Positions 1-10,451 of a stretch of DNA of 64,000 nucleotides are shown in pieces. The stretch covers positions 2,880,001 through 2,944,000 of the forward strand of contig OZ250150.1 in NCBI GenBank assembly GCA_965237675.1. The letters are read 5' to 3'. A program made the position numbers and the translations under genes. The notes beneath the pieces are model-generated. The model searched no databases and was not told the DNA's origin. It saw only the letters and a program-made list of their open reading frames with translations. The stretch is from Candidatus Latescibacterota bacterium (GTDB taxonomy: Bacteria; Latescibacterota; UBA2968; GCA-2709665). Each line of letters starts with the position of its first letter. Positions within the stretch are counted from its first letter, which is position 1.

Positions 1-2187
1 AACGCCCACCAGGGCCGGCGGTATTCTCAGGAATATAGCGAAACCGCGACCCCGAAACGGCCATTGGCACGTGCCTCTGACCGCGCTCCATGTCCATCGT
101 ACGCAAACGGCGAGTCCTTCGCCCAGCGGGACGGGGGCGCTAAAGACCAGCAGGTCGTGCCAGATGGCGTGTACAATTCTGGATCCGAAGGGCGTCGGGT
201 TTTTGGACCATGTGCATAGATCCCGCCAGGCATGCGCGGGTTTTTTCCGGATCTTCCGGATAAGGGCGGCAACCGGGAAATACAAAATGGGGGCCAGGAT
301 CACGCAGACGGCCTTCAGAGTGACGATCAGGATCGCAAGCGCTACCCAGAGCGTGCGCCCAATGAATTCCAGCGCGAGCCATGACACAAAGATACAGGCC
401 TTAAGCGCCAGGACCGGAAGCCGTGCCAGTGACCTATCGCCGGCAAGTTCCTTGAGACGGGCAAGGGATTTGAACTGCAGCAGTTCCGAGTTGAACATCT
501 CGCTGGCGGTCGAGCCGGTGCGTCCGCCGCGGGACCCGCCGAGGCGGATTTGGCGGGAAGCGAGCATCGGAATGAAGAAGAGTGCGACTGCCAGTGACGC
601 TATCAGCGAAAAGACCACGGTAAGGGACATATCGCCAAAGACCTGGCCGGCCACGCCTTCCACGAAGACAATTGGAAAAAAGACGGCGACCGTGGTGAGT
701 GTGGAGGCAAAAACCGCCCCGCCGACTTCGCCCGTTCCGCGAACCGCGGCGGTAACGATGTCGTCTCCTTCTTCCCGGCATCGAAAGATGCTTTCCAGTA
801 CGACAATGGAGTTGTCTACCAGCATACCGATGCCCAGCGCCATGCCGCCCAGCGACATGATGTTCAAAGAGACGCCGAAAATTTTCATGGGGGCGAACGT
901 GGCTACGATCGAAATCGGAATGGCCAGGCTCACAATGCCGGTATGGGAAGGGTTGCGCAGGAAGATATAAAGCACCAGGATCGCAAGAATGCCGCCTATG
1001 ATTGCAGTCTGTTTGACCTCGTCGACTGACCGCTTGATAAATAGCGACTGGTCCGACAGGACTCCCACCTGCAGTCCTTCCGGCATGGTATAGGCGATAA
1101 AGCTGGTCATTTCCTTGAGTTGGACAAACTGGCGCACCTGGGCGCGTCGATCGGCGCCCTTGGCAGGTTCGATCTCTCCTGCCTTGAGTCGCTGCACGTA
1201 GGCCAGTTGCTCCGCTGTTCCGAACAATCGATCCCGGACCCGCTGTGCGGTCGCGACGATATTCGCGTCGGCTTCTTTGAAAATTTCGATTTCCACGCTC
1301 TCCACGCCATTGACACGGGTGATGATCTCCCGCTCTTTATGGCTGCGGACAATATTGCTGACGTCCTTGAGCCGGATGTCAGCGCCGCTTTTTTGTCCGA
1401 TGACGAGGTCGCGGATTTCATTGATCGTCCGGAATTCGTTCAGGGTGCGAACCATGTACTGGGTCTGCCCGTCAAGCAGACTGCCGCCGGCCAGGTTGAC
1501 GTTCTCTTCGCGGAGACGCCGGTTGATATCGCCGATGCCGAAGCCCAACAGGGCGAGTTGACGTTCGTTGATTTCGACACGGATTTCTTCTTCCAGGCCG
1601 CCGTGGACGCGGGCCGCGGCGACCCCTTTCATTGCTTCCAGCGCCTGTTTGATTTCTTCTTCGGCAATGAGCCGGAGCGCATATAAATCGGTATCGCCGT
1701 AGAGACCGATGCGCATAATGGGATCCTGCGTGGGATCGTAACGCAAGATCAGCGGTTTGTTGACACCCCGGGGCAGGTTCAGCCGGTCCAGGTTTTCCCG
1801 TACCGTCTGTACCGCGTCGTTCATATCCGTGTCCCAGCCGAATTCCAGGATGACGTCCGACAGGCCGGGCCGGGAAATGGATACGATACTCGCCAGATTG
1901 TTGACAACCCCCAGCCGTTGCTCAATTCGCCGGGAGATCAGGTTTTCGACTTCCTCGGGCGCGGTATCGGGATAGTCCGTGCGGATCGTGAGGGTGGGGT
2001 AGGAAATGTCCGGCATCAGGGTGAGCGGTAGCTGCTGGTAGGAAATATACCCGAAGACCGCGATGGCGAGGACGACCATAAAAATGGCCACCGGCCTGCG
2101 GGTGGTTATTTCGAAAGTGCGGGAGATCTGCGTCCTGGCGCGGGAAAGGGGATTTCGGGAACCGTCGCCTGCGGAATCGTCAACCAT
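1..2187 (-). CDS. RND efflux permease (AcrB/AcrD/AcrF family), runs off left edge
   Basis: Manual translation from ATG at 2187: RRPVAIFMVVLAIAVFGYISYQQLPLTLMPDISYPTLTIRTDYP...PEEVENLISRRIEQ, later GMLVDNSIVVLESI. Lies directly downstream of an MFP gene. Confidence 0.92.
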   Translation of the reverse strand, partial: MVDDSAGDGSRNPLSRARTQISRTFEITTRRPVAIFMVVLAIAVFGYISYQQLPLTLMPDISYPTLTIRTDYPDTAPEEVENLISRRIEQRLGVVNNLASIVSISRPGLSDVILEFGWDTDMNDAVQTVRENLDRLNLPRGVNKPLILRYDPTQDPIMRIGLYGDTDLYALRLIAEEEIKQALEAMKGVAAARVHGGLEEEIRVEINERQLALLGFGIGDINRRLREENVNLAGGSLLDGQTQYMVRTLNEFRTINEIRDLVIGQKSGADIRLKDVSNIVRSHKEREIITRVNGVESVEIEIFKEADANIVATAQRVRDRLFGTAEQLAYVQRLKAGEIEPAKGADRRAQVRQFVQLKEMTSFIAYTMPEGLQVGVLSDQSLFIKRSVDEVKQTAIIGGILAILVLYIFLRNPSHTGIVSLAIPISIVATFAPMKIFGVSLNIMSLGGMALGIGMLVDNSIVVLESIFRCREEGDDIVTAAVRGTGEVGGAVFASTLTTVAVFFPIVFVEGVAGQVFGDMSLTVVFSLIASLAVALFFIPMLASRQIRLGGSRGGRTGSTASEMFNSELLQFKSLARLKELAGDRSLARLPVLALKACIFVSWLALEFIGRTLWVALAILIVTLKAVCVILAPILYFPVAALIRKIRKKPAHAWRDLCTWSKNPTPFGSRIVHAIWHDLLVFSAPVPLGEGLAVCVRWTWSAVRGTCQWPFRGRGFAIFLRIPPALVGV

Positions 2188-2276
2188 CTTGTCTGAGTCC
2201 TCAATGAGCCGCACCAACGCGCAACGGACGCACCGCCACCGTTATTGCGCAGGGATGCGCCCGTTTCCCGGGATTC

Positions 2277-3443
2277 TTAAGGTTCTTGCTCGGTGGTATC
2301 CGGTTTGGCCGGAATGCGCAGGCCCTTGCCATGGATCACCCGGACTTTGGCCTGGTCCTTGAGGCCATTCTGGCCCACAACCACAATGCTGTCGCCCTGC
2401 GAGACGCCGCTGAGAACTTCCAGGTTTTCGGTGTTTTCAAAGCCCACGTCGAGCTGTATTTTCCGGGCGGTGCTGTCCTGAACAACGAACACATGAGGAT
2501 GTCCGTCATCGTAGACGACGGCGCGTTTGGGCACCAGCAAAGCCCGTTCGTGGGTGGCGGTAACGATATGCGTCGTAACGAACATTCCGGGACGCAACCT
2601 GCCGTCACCGTCGTCTATACCCAGTGTTACCCTGAAAGTGCCGCTGTTCGGATCTATAACCGGGCTGATTCGAATGATGCGGCCGGGAAATTTGACATCG
2701 GACAGATGATCCGTGGTGATGCGGGCGGACTGCCCTACGGAGATGTTGTGCAGTTCCCCGCCGGGTATGTGCGCTCTGGATATTAGACTATGCATGTTGA
2801 CCAGAACATAGAGCTTGGTGTTCGGGCCGATCCGGTCGCCCAATTTGACGATCCGTTCCGCCACGATCCCGGCTATCGGAGATCGTACCAGGGCATGATC
2901 CAGGTTCAACTGGGCGCGCTGCCACTGAATTTCAGCCTGTTCCAGGTCAAATCCGTCACGTTCGTAGTCTTCCTTGGAGAGCAGGTTTCTGGCGAAGATT
3001 TCCTTGCGACGTTTGAAATTGCTCTCCAGTTTTTGGTACGCGATCCTGGCTTCCGCTTCGGACAGTTTGAGATCGCGGTCGACCATGTGGACAACGACTT
3101 GATCCATTTCGACATGATCACCCTCTTCGACGAGCACACGTTTGACCAGCCCCGTACCGTGGGCGTAAACGTCCACAGTCTCTTCGGCCTCGACCTTCGC
3201 GTTGTATTGCAGGTAGGATGAAATCGCCCCGTGTTGAACGTGATGGACCTTTACCGGCACGCCCTCGGGCGTTTTTTTCTCCTTCTTTTTTGTCACTTCG
3301 GTCGAGTCGACTTTGGTGGAATCGGCGCCGGCGCCGGTCCCGCTCTGACCCTTGGCTTGTTCGCCGCCGCACCCCGCGAGTGCGTAGCCGGAAAAAACCG
3401 CAACGATGACAATTAGACGCTTCAAATTCCGTATTTCCTTCAT
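2277..3443 (-). CDS. RND efflux periplasmic adaptor (membrane fusion lipoprotein)
   Basis: Lipobox LAGC, barrel-sandwich motifs VKRVLVEEGDHV and VRSPIAGIV, ISPVIDPNSGTFRV, LRPGMFV. Start set at MKEIRN after GGAAGGA. Confidence 0.92.
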   Translation of the reverse strand: MKEIRNLKRLIVIVAVFSGYALAGCGGEQAKGQSGTGAGADSTKVDSTEVTKKKEKKTPEGVPVKVHHVQHGAISSYLQYNAKVEAEETVDVYAHGTGLVKRVLVEEGDHVEMDQVVVHMVDRDLKLSEAEARIAYQKLESNFKRRKEIFARNLLSKEDYERDGFDLEQAEIQWQRAQLNLDHALVRSPIAGIVAERIVKLGDRIGPNTKLYVLVNMHSLISRAHIPGGELHNISVGQSARITTDHLSDVKFPGRIIRISPVIDPNSGTFRVTLGIDDGDGRLRPGMFVTTHIVTATHERALLVPKRAVVYDDGHPHVFVVQDSTARKIQLDVGFENTENLEVLSGVSQGDSIVVVGQNGLKDQAKVRVIHGKGLRIPAKPDTTEQEP

Positions 3444-3903
3444 CCGTACATCCTTCCGGGCGGTATGTGGGCATTCCCCCGCAGCCGGTGGCATTGAAGG
3501 CCTCCTTCGGAGGAAACACGCGCCCGTTTCATATGTGCTGAACTATAGAACGAAACGCGTTGTCTGAAACGGCAAGACCCCGGTGACCGTGGCCACCGCA
3601 AGCCCCGGCAAGAGTCCGTTGTTCCGCTTGCCGGCGCGTTCCTGGTTCTCCTCAAGAAGCCATCGGGTGAGTGAGGGCTCGGTTGCCCGTTTCGAACCCT
3701 TTAGACGGTTTCCAATGTGCCGCCGTTTCAGGCGACTTCGGGGCGTGGTGAAATTCCCCACAGTCTTTGACTCCCCAGGCTGCCCGGATGTTTCTAAAAA
3801 AAGCCGTTGGGCCGTCAATCATTCGACGGCCCAGGGGGGCGGGGTCCGTGCAACTGTCCCGGACCGGGAGGGTCAAACCCGGCGAGGGGCGATACCCGAT
3901 AAG

Positions 3904-4698
3904 CTAACTTTCCACGGCCTTCCTGACTCTTGACGCGATGTCGACGTATCGCCGGGAGATCGGGGAGTCCGGATCTGCGGCTGTAACCGGGGCGCCTGTA
4001 TCTCCGCCCTGGCGTATCCGCATGTCCAGCGGGATTTCACCCAGAAGCGGCACGTTATACTTGGCAGCCATTTCTTCGCCGCCGCCCTGCCCGAAGATAT
4101 CGGTCTGTGTATTGCAGTTGCCGCAAATGTACACACTCATGTTTTCGACGATCCCCAGAACGGGTACGTCCACCGTGTTGAACATCTGGATGCCGCGACG
4201 TACGTCCTCGAGTGCAACGGCTTGCGGCGTTGTGACAATGACGGCGCCGTCCAGGCGCGCGGACTGAATCAGGGTAAGCTGAACATCGCCCGTTCCCGGT
4301 GGCAGATCGATGACAAGAAAGTCCAGAGGCGCCCACGCGACGTCCCTGAGGAATTGCACCACTATTTTTGCCAGCATCGGACCGCGCCAGATCACCGGGG
4401 CGCCCGCTTCCGTAATCATACCGAGCGAGATCATCTTGACATTAAAACGTTTAAGAGGAACAATCCCGCCGTTCGGGTCCATGCCTGGTGTTTCGTTTGC
4501 GCCCATCATGATCGGAACATTGGGACCATAGATGTCCGCATCCATGAGACCCACCGCGGCGCCCTGCCGCGCAAGCGCCACGCAAAGGTTGGCGGCCGTG
4601 GTGGATTTTCCCACGCCGCCCTTGCCGCTGGCGACGGCGATCAGATGCTTGACGCCGGGAATCGGCGCGGGTCGTGGCGCGGACGTATGCGTATTCAA
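3904..4698 (-). CDS. mrp: Mrp/NBP35 (ApbC) Fe-S cluster carrier ATPase
   Basis: SGKGGVGKST, DADIYGPN, WRGPM, DLPPGTGD, ENMS-x3-CxxC. TTG start after GGAGG is inferred. Confidence 0.93.
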   Translation of the reverse strand: MNTHTSAPRPAPIPGVKHLIAVASGKGGVGKSTTAANLCVALARQGAAVGLMDADIYGPNVPIMMGANETPGMDPNGGIVPLKRFNVKMISLGMITEAGAPVIWRGPMLAKIVVQFLRDVAWAPLDFLVIDLPPGTGDVQLTLIQSARLDGAVIVTTPQAVALEDVRRGIQMFNTVDVPVLGIVENMSVYICGNCNTQTDIFGQGGGEEMAAKYNVPLLGEIPLDMRIRQGGDTGAPVTAADPDSPISRRYVDIASRVRKAVES

Positions 4699-4736
4699 AC
4701 GGGGGCCTCCTCCGGAACGGGCTTCGAATGATGCAT

Positions 4737-5870
4737 TCAACCCGGCTGTTTCCGGCTGTTTCGAACACATTCAGCCAGAATGGGTATGCCCTGGCGGATC
4801 TCGTCGGGTGTTGCAAAGCCGAACGCGAGACGGATGTACGGTACGTCCGTATTATGTACGTGGAAGGCTTTGCCGGTTGCGTAGTCGACACCCATCGACT
4901 CCGCAAGCCGCTCACAGGCAACGGTGTCTGTGACGTCGGGTAACCTGACCCAGATGAAGAGGCCGCCCTTGGGGCGGCTGAACCACTCGAAGGCGTCCGG
5001 GAACCGAGACAGCGTGTCGAACATCAGATCGCGTTTTTCCCTGACGATGGCGTTGATCCGGTCCACGTGCGTCCAGAGTTCTTCCCTGAAATATTCGTAG
5101 ACGATGGCTGCGCTGAGGGCGCTTGTACCACCGTCCCGCCGATACGGAAGAATCTGGTCCAGCAGATGTCGAGGCGCAGCGAAATAGCCCAGACGGATTC
5201 CAGGGCCCAGGATTTTGGACAGGGATTCGATGTGGATCACCGGCGTATCGTGCTCGAGCGTCCACAGGGCGGGTTCGTGGTCGTCTTCGTAAACGGTATC
5301 GGCGTAACAGTGATCTTCAACCACGGGAATGCCGTAACGGTCTGCAATGGCCAGCAGTTCCCGGCGCCGGTCGAGCGGCATAATTGAACCCGTCGGGTTC
5401 TGGTAGGTTGCCAGGGTGTAGATGAATTTCGGTTTTCTGTTTCGTGAAACCAGGGCAGAAAGCGTTTCTTCCAGGGCGTCCATCCGCATGCCGAACTCGT
5501 CCAAGGGAATGCCGACCAGTTCGGCCTTTTCCTTACGGTACGCGCTCAGGGTACCCGAGTAGGAGTATTCCTCGAGCACAATCACGTCGCCGGGCGAATC
5601 GACGAACACCTGCGCCATCAGCGTAACCGCCTGCATGGAGCCCGTGGTCAGAACGATCTGATCGATGGGCAACGCAACCCCTTCCCGGTGCGCGAACCGC
5701 TGAGACATCAGTTTCCTGAGCGGTTCGTACCCCAGCGAACCGGGATAACACGCCAGTTCATCTCCCAGCTCCGGAAGTATGCGCATGGCGGCCTCCGCCA
5801 GGCCTCGATTGGGAAAGGACGCGGGGTCGGGGCGGCCACTGCCAAAGGGGAAGGTCATCATTTTGGACAC
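4737..5870 (-). CDS. PLP-dependent class I/II aminotransferase (LysN/MocR-AAT-like)
   Basis: YQNPTG, VEDHCY, SLSKILGPGIRLG (PLP lysine), GGLFIW, IRLAF. Confidence 0.9.
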   Translation of the reverse strand: MSKMMTFPFGSGRPDPASFPNRGLAEAAMRILPELGDELACYPGSLGYEPLRKLMSQRFAHREGVALPIDQIVLTTGSMQAVTLMAQVFVDSPGDVIVLEEYSYSGTLSAYRKEKAELVGIPLDEFGMRMDALEETLSALVSRNRKPKFIYTLATYQNPTGSIMPLDRRRELLAIADRYGIPVVEDHCYADTVYEDDHEPALWTLEHDTPVIHIESLSKILGPGIRLGYFAAPRHLLDQILPYRRDGGTSALSAAIVYEYFREELWTHVDRINAIVREKRDLMFDTLSRFPDAFEWFSRPKGGLFIWVRLPDVTDTVACERLAESMGVDYATGKAFHVHNTDVPYIRLAFGFATPDEIRQGIPILAECVRNSRKQPG

Positions 5871-5985
5871 ATATCCTTAATTTTCAAGAATTTAAAGGAA
5901 TTTTTTCTGGGCGCTCCGGTTGCCCCTGGTACCCTCTGACGCCGGAAGCCATCTCCATATTGAGCGACGATTGCTCCCCGGCGCG

Positions 5986-7575
5986 TCAAATCCCTTTTTC
6001 CTTGCCCCGGATTCTGGGATCGAGCGTGGCGAGAAGTTCGTCGTCCTCGGTAATTTCGATGGCTCTGACGTGGGCGGCCGCACTGCCCTTGCCTAATGTG
6101 TACTTTATATCCGATTTGAGGTAGACGGGCGCGGTCTCTCCGAATCCTTCTTCCAGGGCGACCCATTCGTTGCCTTCGGAGTGCACCCTGGGCGCGCTTA
6201 CGGCCCAGTCCAGGTCCTCGTCGAGCACCAGTCTCCGTGTGAGCACCTGAAACAGGGAGGAAGGGATGCGGGTGCCGCCCGAGGCGCCCAGGGTCATCAG
6301 GGGTTCACCGTCGTTCATGATGAGCGTGGGACACATGTTGGTGATGGGCGACTTGCCCGCGTCCACTGAGTTGGGCAGGCCGGAGCCGGGGTCGAAGCGG
6401 GACATGCCGGCATTCATAATGAGTCCCATTCTGGGGACGGTGACAAACGAGCCGAAGGCGGGACCGTGCGTCAGAGTCAGGGAAGCCATATTTCGGTCGC
6501 CGTCCACAACGGAGATGTGGGTGGTGCCGCCGTACGAGAGCGGGCGTAACAGCGCCTGTCCGCGCGTACCTTCGGACACGTGATCGGCGATTTCCCGGCC
6601 CGTTGCTCCGACCTGTATGTCGGACGTCAGGGTTTCAAGCGGCACCTTGACAAACCTGGGGTCGCCGAAATACCTGTAGCGGTCCAGCCATGCGGCGCGG
6701 ATGGTTTCAGTCATGCCGTGGGCGAGCCGGGCTGCGTCGCGGGCCCAGAGGTCCAATTCGGCCACTTCGGCGACTCGGCACATTTGAAGAACGGTGAGGC
6801 CGCTGGAACAAAGGGGAGCCGTGTAGAGGTCGTAACCGAGACACGAAGCATGTACGGGATCGACGTGCCGGGCCTGGTAGCCCGCGAAGTCGTCTTCCGT
6901 CAAAATTCCGCCGTTTTCCTTTATGTATTTTGCGATTCTTCCGGCGATTCTGCCCCTGTAAAACTCATCGACGCCGTTCTTGGCAACCTGTTCCAGAATC
7001 CGCCCAAGATTCGGATTGGCCGCCCTGTCGCTTGTGGCGGGCGACGACCCGTCCACCAGCAGCAGCCGCGCGGTTTCCTGGAACTCGCGGATGCGTTTTT
7101 CGTTCGCCCGGACGGCGTCCACGTAGTCGGGTGAGACCCGAAAGCCGTTCATACAGGCCCGAATGGCCGGCGCAAGCGCCTGATCCAGTGGGAACTTCCC
7201 GTATTTTTCAAGCGCCGCCGCCAGCCCGGCAAGTACGCCGGGAACGGAAATTGCGAGGGAGCCGATCTCATTGCCCCGATTCTTGACCAATGACCCGAAG
7301 CGTCCGTCGGAGCGGACGACCTGGAACATCCTGCTCGTGGCGGCCTTGGGAGCGACGGTGTTGAAGTCGATGCAGCCGATTTCCCCGTTCATATAAACCA
7401 TGAGGGCGCCACCGTAGCCGCCGATTCCCGTGTGGTGCGGCGTGACCACGCAGGCGAGCAGGGCGGCCGTGACGGCTGCATCAACGGCATTACCTCCTTT
7501 TTTCAATATGTTGACGGCTGCGGCGTCGGCTTCAGGCTGGCCGACGACCGCGGCCTCTTCAAACGTGGCTGACAC
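5986..7575 (-). CDS. ggt: Gamma-glutamyltransferase family protein (no signal peptide)
   Basis: GGNAVDAA, GIGGYGG, SVPG, catalytic TTHISVVD, GASGG, APRVH, DPR. Confidence 0.92.
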   Translation of the reverse strand: MSATFEEAAVVGQPEADAAAVNILKKGGNAVDAAVTAALLACVVTPHHTGIGGYGGALMVYMNGEIGCIDFNTVAPKAATSRMFQVVRSDGRFGSLVKNRGNEIGSLAISVPGVLAGLAAALEKYGKFPLDQALAPAIRACMNGFRVSPDYVDAVRANEKRIREFQETARLLLVDGSSPATSDRAANPNLGRILEQVAKNGVDEFYRGRIAGRIAKYIKENGGILTEDDFAGYQARHVDPVHASCLGYDLYTAPLCSSGLTVLQMCRVAEVAELDLWARDAARLAHGMTETIRAAWLDRYRYFGDPRFVKVPLETLTSDIQVGATGREIADHVSEGTRGQALLRPLSYGGTTHISVVDGDRNMASLTLTHGPAFGSFVTVPRMGLIMNAGMSRFDPGSGLPNSVDAGKSPITNMCPTLIMNDGEPLMTLGASGGTRIPSSLFQVLTRRLVLDEDLDWAVSAPRVHSEGNEWVALEEGFGETAPVYLKSDIKYTLGKGSAAAHVRAIEITEDDELLATLDPRIRGKEKGI

Positions 7576-7619
7576 TAATAAGGTCCCCCTTCAACCGCTT
7601 GGGATCCGCGGAAACACTT

Positions 7620-7846
7620 AAAAAACACCCCCGCGACAGGGCATGAGGGTCTCCGTGCGTCCGTTCTGCGGTTCATGGCGATGTGTCGACCAGCCGTGAT
7701 CCACCGCCGGCTCCATCCCGGCTCGGCGGAACGCGGGTCCCCCTTGTCGCGGACACAGGTGGTAACGGAGGGTCACCTGCCGATCGGTCGTCGATTTCGA
7801 ACTTTGACGGGTTTTTCCGGAAACGGAAGGTTCTCGGGCAAGCCCT
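7620..7846 (-). ncRNA. Candidate structured ncRNA or leader (partial 6S-like resemblance)
   Basis: Follows a strong sigma70-type promoter. Closing stem 7631-7641 with 7741-7752, then a T-run. Internal GACACATCGCCATGAACC resembles the 6S 3' central-bubble strand. No convincing ORF. Confidence 0.4.
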
Positions 7847-7852
7847 GGTTCG

Positions 7853-7881
7853 ATAATATAAGCCGGTTCCCTGTAGGTCAA
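7853..7881 (-). promoter_or_regulatory. sigma70-type promoter TTGACC-17-TATTAT
   Basis: Near-consensus hexamers, 17-bp spacer, upstream A-tract (UP-like). Confidence 0.7.
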
Positions 7882-7987
7882 GGTTTTTTTTTCATTTTTC
7901 GGCTTCCTGTTGCATAATCCGGCATTTGCCGGCCGTGAACAGGACGGGCAAAGCCTCCCGGGATCGACGGAGTCGTCGGGAACGGGT

Positions 7988-10171
7988 TCAAGCGTCGACA
8001 TAAATGGGGCTTGTCCAGGCTTTGGCGCCGTCGGTCTGGATCACCCGCACCCAGTAGGGATGACAGCCGTCGGGCAGTTCGGACTCCCGGTAGGTGAAGC
8101 TGGCTTCGGGTCCGACGCCGGTGGGGGCCTGCTCGAAGACGACCGCGATGTCGATTCCGCCCGCGGGAACCCTTACCGGCCCCCCGGTGATTTCCTGAAG
8201 TGTGATGGATCGGGACACTATGTCCGTGCTGAAGTCGATGGTTGCCTGCGGGGGGGCGTCCAGGGTGAGTATGACGCCGTCGGCGTCACCGGTTGTGACG
8301 GAGTTCCAGGTCACGGAATGGTCTGAGACGGTCCGGATTCCCTCTGACGCCGAATCGAAGGCATATCCTTCGGCGCGGAGAATGCGGCCCCGTTTCAGGG
8401 TGAGGCCGCCGTCCCAGCGAACCAGTCGGTTGCGCGCGCGGATGCGCTGGCCCGACCAGGCAATGCGGATTCTATCTTTTGCGCGGGGAATGGTCGCGGG
8501 AAAACTGTAGACCGGTTCCAGGCCCCTGAATATGTCCACGCGTTCGATGGGCGCGGTGCCGACCACGCTGACGGCGATTTCGGGCGGCTCCGACGCTTGA
8601 AGGTCCGAGCCCATCGGTTGGCCGTCGGCAGTGACGTTTACGAGGATTCGCTGGCCGGTGGTGCCATAACAGCGGCGGGCTTTAAGGGCTTGCCAGAGGC
8701 CGCGCCGGGTGAGTTCGTTTGCAAACACACAGGTGAGGCCTCCGTAGACGCCGAAGGAGCCGCTTCCGGGGTACGCAGCGCCGGGTCTGCCCTTGTGGTC
8801 GTCGCTTCCGGCGGTGAATCCCACCCGGTAGCCGTTTTCGAGCGCCCACTTGAGGAACCATTCGAATTCGCCCCACTCGGAGTAGACTTCCACCAGGGGC
8901 TCGAACTCGGGGTCGTGCCAGTCCAGATTGGCGTAGCGGCCGCCGACGTGCGGAACAAGCAGGACGTCCTCGCCCTTCATCGCCTTGTAGAGGTCGGTCA
9001 CGTGCAGGCAATCCGTGCGGACATCGGATTTGTCCGGAATCAGGACATGGCTGGAGCGGTGCATGGGGCCGGTGTCACCTGGAAAATACACGTTGTGATC
9101 GCCCCCGACGGGGGTGTTTCCCGACCATTCGTAGCCGACGAACGCGACAAATCGTCCGGGATCGTTCTGGGAATTGGCCTGGTGTCTGATTTCCTCCCAG
9201 ACGGTTTCGGTGATCTGAAAGTCGTTACCCTGATGGCCGGCAAAATCGACGAACGCGGATTCACGGGCGAAACGAAAGTACGACGACACGGGGTTTGTCC
9301 CCACGGTCTCTTCGCTCTGTCCGTGCAGGTCGCCCCAGTACGGACGGTACGTGTTCCACGTGTCGATACAGCGCAGCGGATTGCTTTCCGCTTTCAGGCC
9401 CAAAGATTTGTCCTCGACCCGGACACGAAAGACGCCGGTCCGGGGCGCAACGACGTCTTCAAACCGATGCGTTCCACGGTCGGCGGGTCGAAAACGGTAT
9501 GTCTGTGGAAGCCCCTCCAGGCCATCGGTATCCATACTGACTTCGCCGGAGTAGTCCCGGCAGGGATTACCCCAGATGTCCTCGGCCTTCACGCCCGCCC
9601 ACGCAGATTCACCGGGGATGGTTTCCGAGGCGCACAGGGCGACGAGTTTCCGGGGAGCACCGCTGACAATGGGCACCGAGGGCGAGGGGACTTCGACGTA
9701 AACCCACGTGCCGCACCAGTCAACCGCCACACGGAATTCGAATCGTTCCTTACAGAAGGTCTGTGCGCGAATTCCCGGAGATCCGCCGGAGGTGTCTCCG
9801 AGGGTTAGGGTGACCGTGTCGCCTTCGGACAGGGAGTCGTCGAAGACGTCGACGGTGACGCATAGGCGCCACGGTCGCACGTAACGCTGCTTTTCAAAGG
9901 CGGGGCGGAGCGACGCGGGTCCCGTCGTGGATACGGAGGCGTATCCGGGCGCGGTCGGGTCGGCGAACTGTGGCGCCTGCCAGTCGCTAACGTCGCGCCA
10001 GGCGATTTTGATGACGCCGCCGTCATCCACGCCATATCTGCCGGCGTGAAAGATGATCCGCCAGGTGCCATTGGCGCCGGCCGTCACCGGCCCGGCGGGG
10101 TCGATTTCCGCCCACCCGTAACGCTCGCGAGTTTCCGCTTCGCCCATTTCTAGGTTCCTTTCGAATTCCAA
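7988..10171 (-). CDS. DUF3604-type PHP-fold metallohydrolase
   Basis: WGDLHGQS, GHQGND, GYEWSG..GDHN, PHVGG, EVYS, GSDDHKGRPG, C-terminal AWTSPIY. The start may be the ATG of MGEAET. Confidence 0.8.
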   Translation of the reverse strand: MEFERNLEMGEAETRERYGWAEIDPAGPVTAGANGTWRIIFHAGRYGVDDGGVIKIAWRDVSDWQAPQFADPTAPGYASVSTTGPASLRPAFEKQRYVRPWRLCVTVDVFDDSLSEGDTVTLTLGDTSGGSPGIRAQTFCKERFEFRVAVDWCGTWVYVEVPSPSVPIVSGAPRKLVALCASETIPGESAWAGVKAEDIWGNPCRDYSGEVSMDTDGLEGLPQTYRFRPADRGTHRFEDVVAPRTGVFRVRVEDKSLGLKAESNPLRCIDTWNTYRPYWGDLHGQSEETVGTNPVSSYFRFARESAFVDFAGHQGNDFQITETVWEEIRHQANSQNDPGRFVAFVGYEWSGNTPVGGDHNVYFPGDTGPMHRSSHVLIPDKSDVRTDCLHVTDLYKAMKGEDVLLVPHVGGRYANLDWHDPEFEPLVEVYSEWGEFEWFLKWALENGYRVGFTAGSDDHKGRPGAAYPGSGSFGVYGGLTCVFANELTRRGLWQALKARRCYGTTGQRILVNVTADGQPMGSDLQASEPPEIAVSVVGTAPIERVDIFRGLEPVYSFPATIPRAKDRIRIAWSGQRIRARNRLVRWDGGLTLKRGRILRAEGYAFDSASEGIRTVSDHSVTWNSVTTGDADGVILTLDAPPQATIDFSTDIVSRSITLQEITGGPVRVPAGGIDIAVVFEQAPTGVGPEASFTYRESELPDGCHPYWVRVIQTDGAKAWTSPIYVDA

Positions 10172-10339
10172 TACGGATCGTTGTCGGCGGATTCGGCCGT
10201 GGAATGGAAATGCTTTCCTGTTAGGCGGTTCCCGCGGGTCTGCGGCGGGGCGGCCCCGGCGGGTCGGGGCGAGTAAAGATATGGATTATCGGATGGAGGA
10301 CAAGGGAATTCAGGGCCGGGATCGAATTCCCCTTTCCGC

Positions 10340-10368
10340 TTGACGGTTACCGGGTTTCACGTTACATT
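10340..10368 (+). promoter_or_regulatory. sigma70-type promoter TTGACG-17-TACATT
   Basis: Upstream of the glutaredoxin-rarA pair. Confidence 0.55.
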
Positions 10369-10451
10369 TTCGACAGAACCCGTGGTTCATCGTACCTTAT
10401 TCTCCGCCTGCTTTCAACCTCGGACGAGGTAGCGCGCCGTGGTCAAAGCCG

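Noticed and set aside
3500-3900. Small ORFs or riboswitch between mrp and the efflux operon
   Set aside because: No recognisable motif, RBS or conserved RNA signature was visible.
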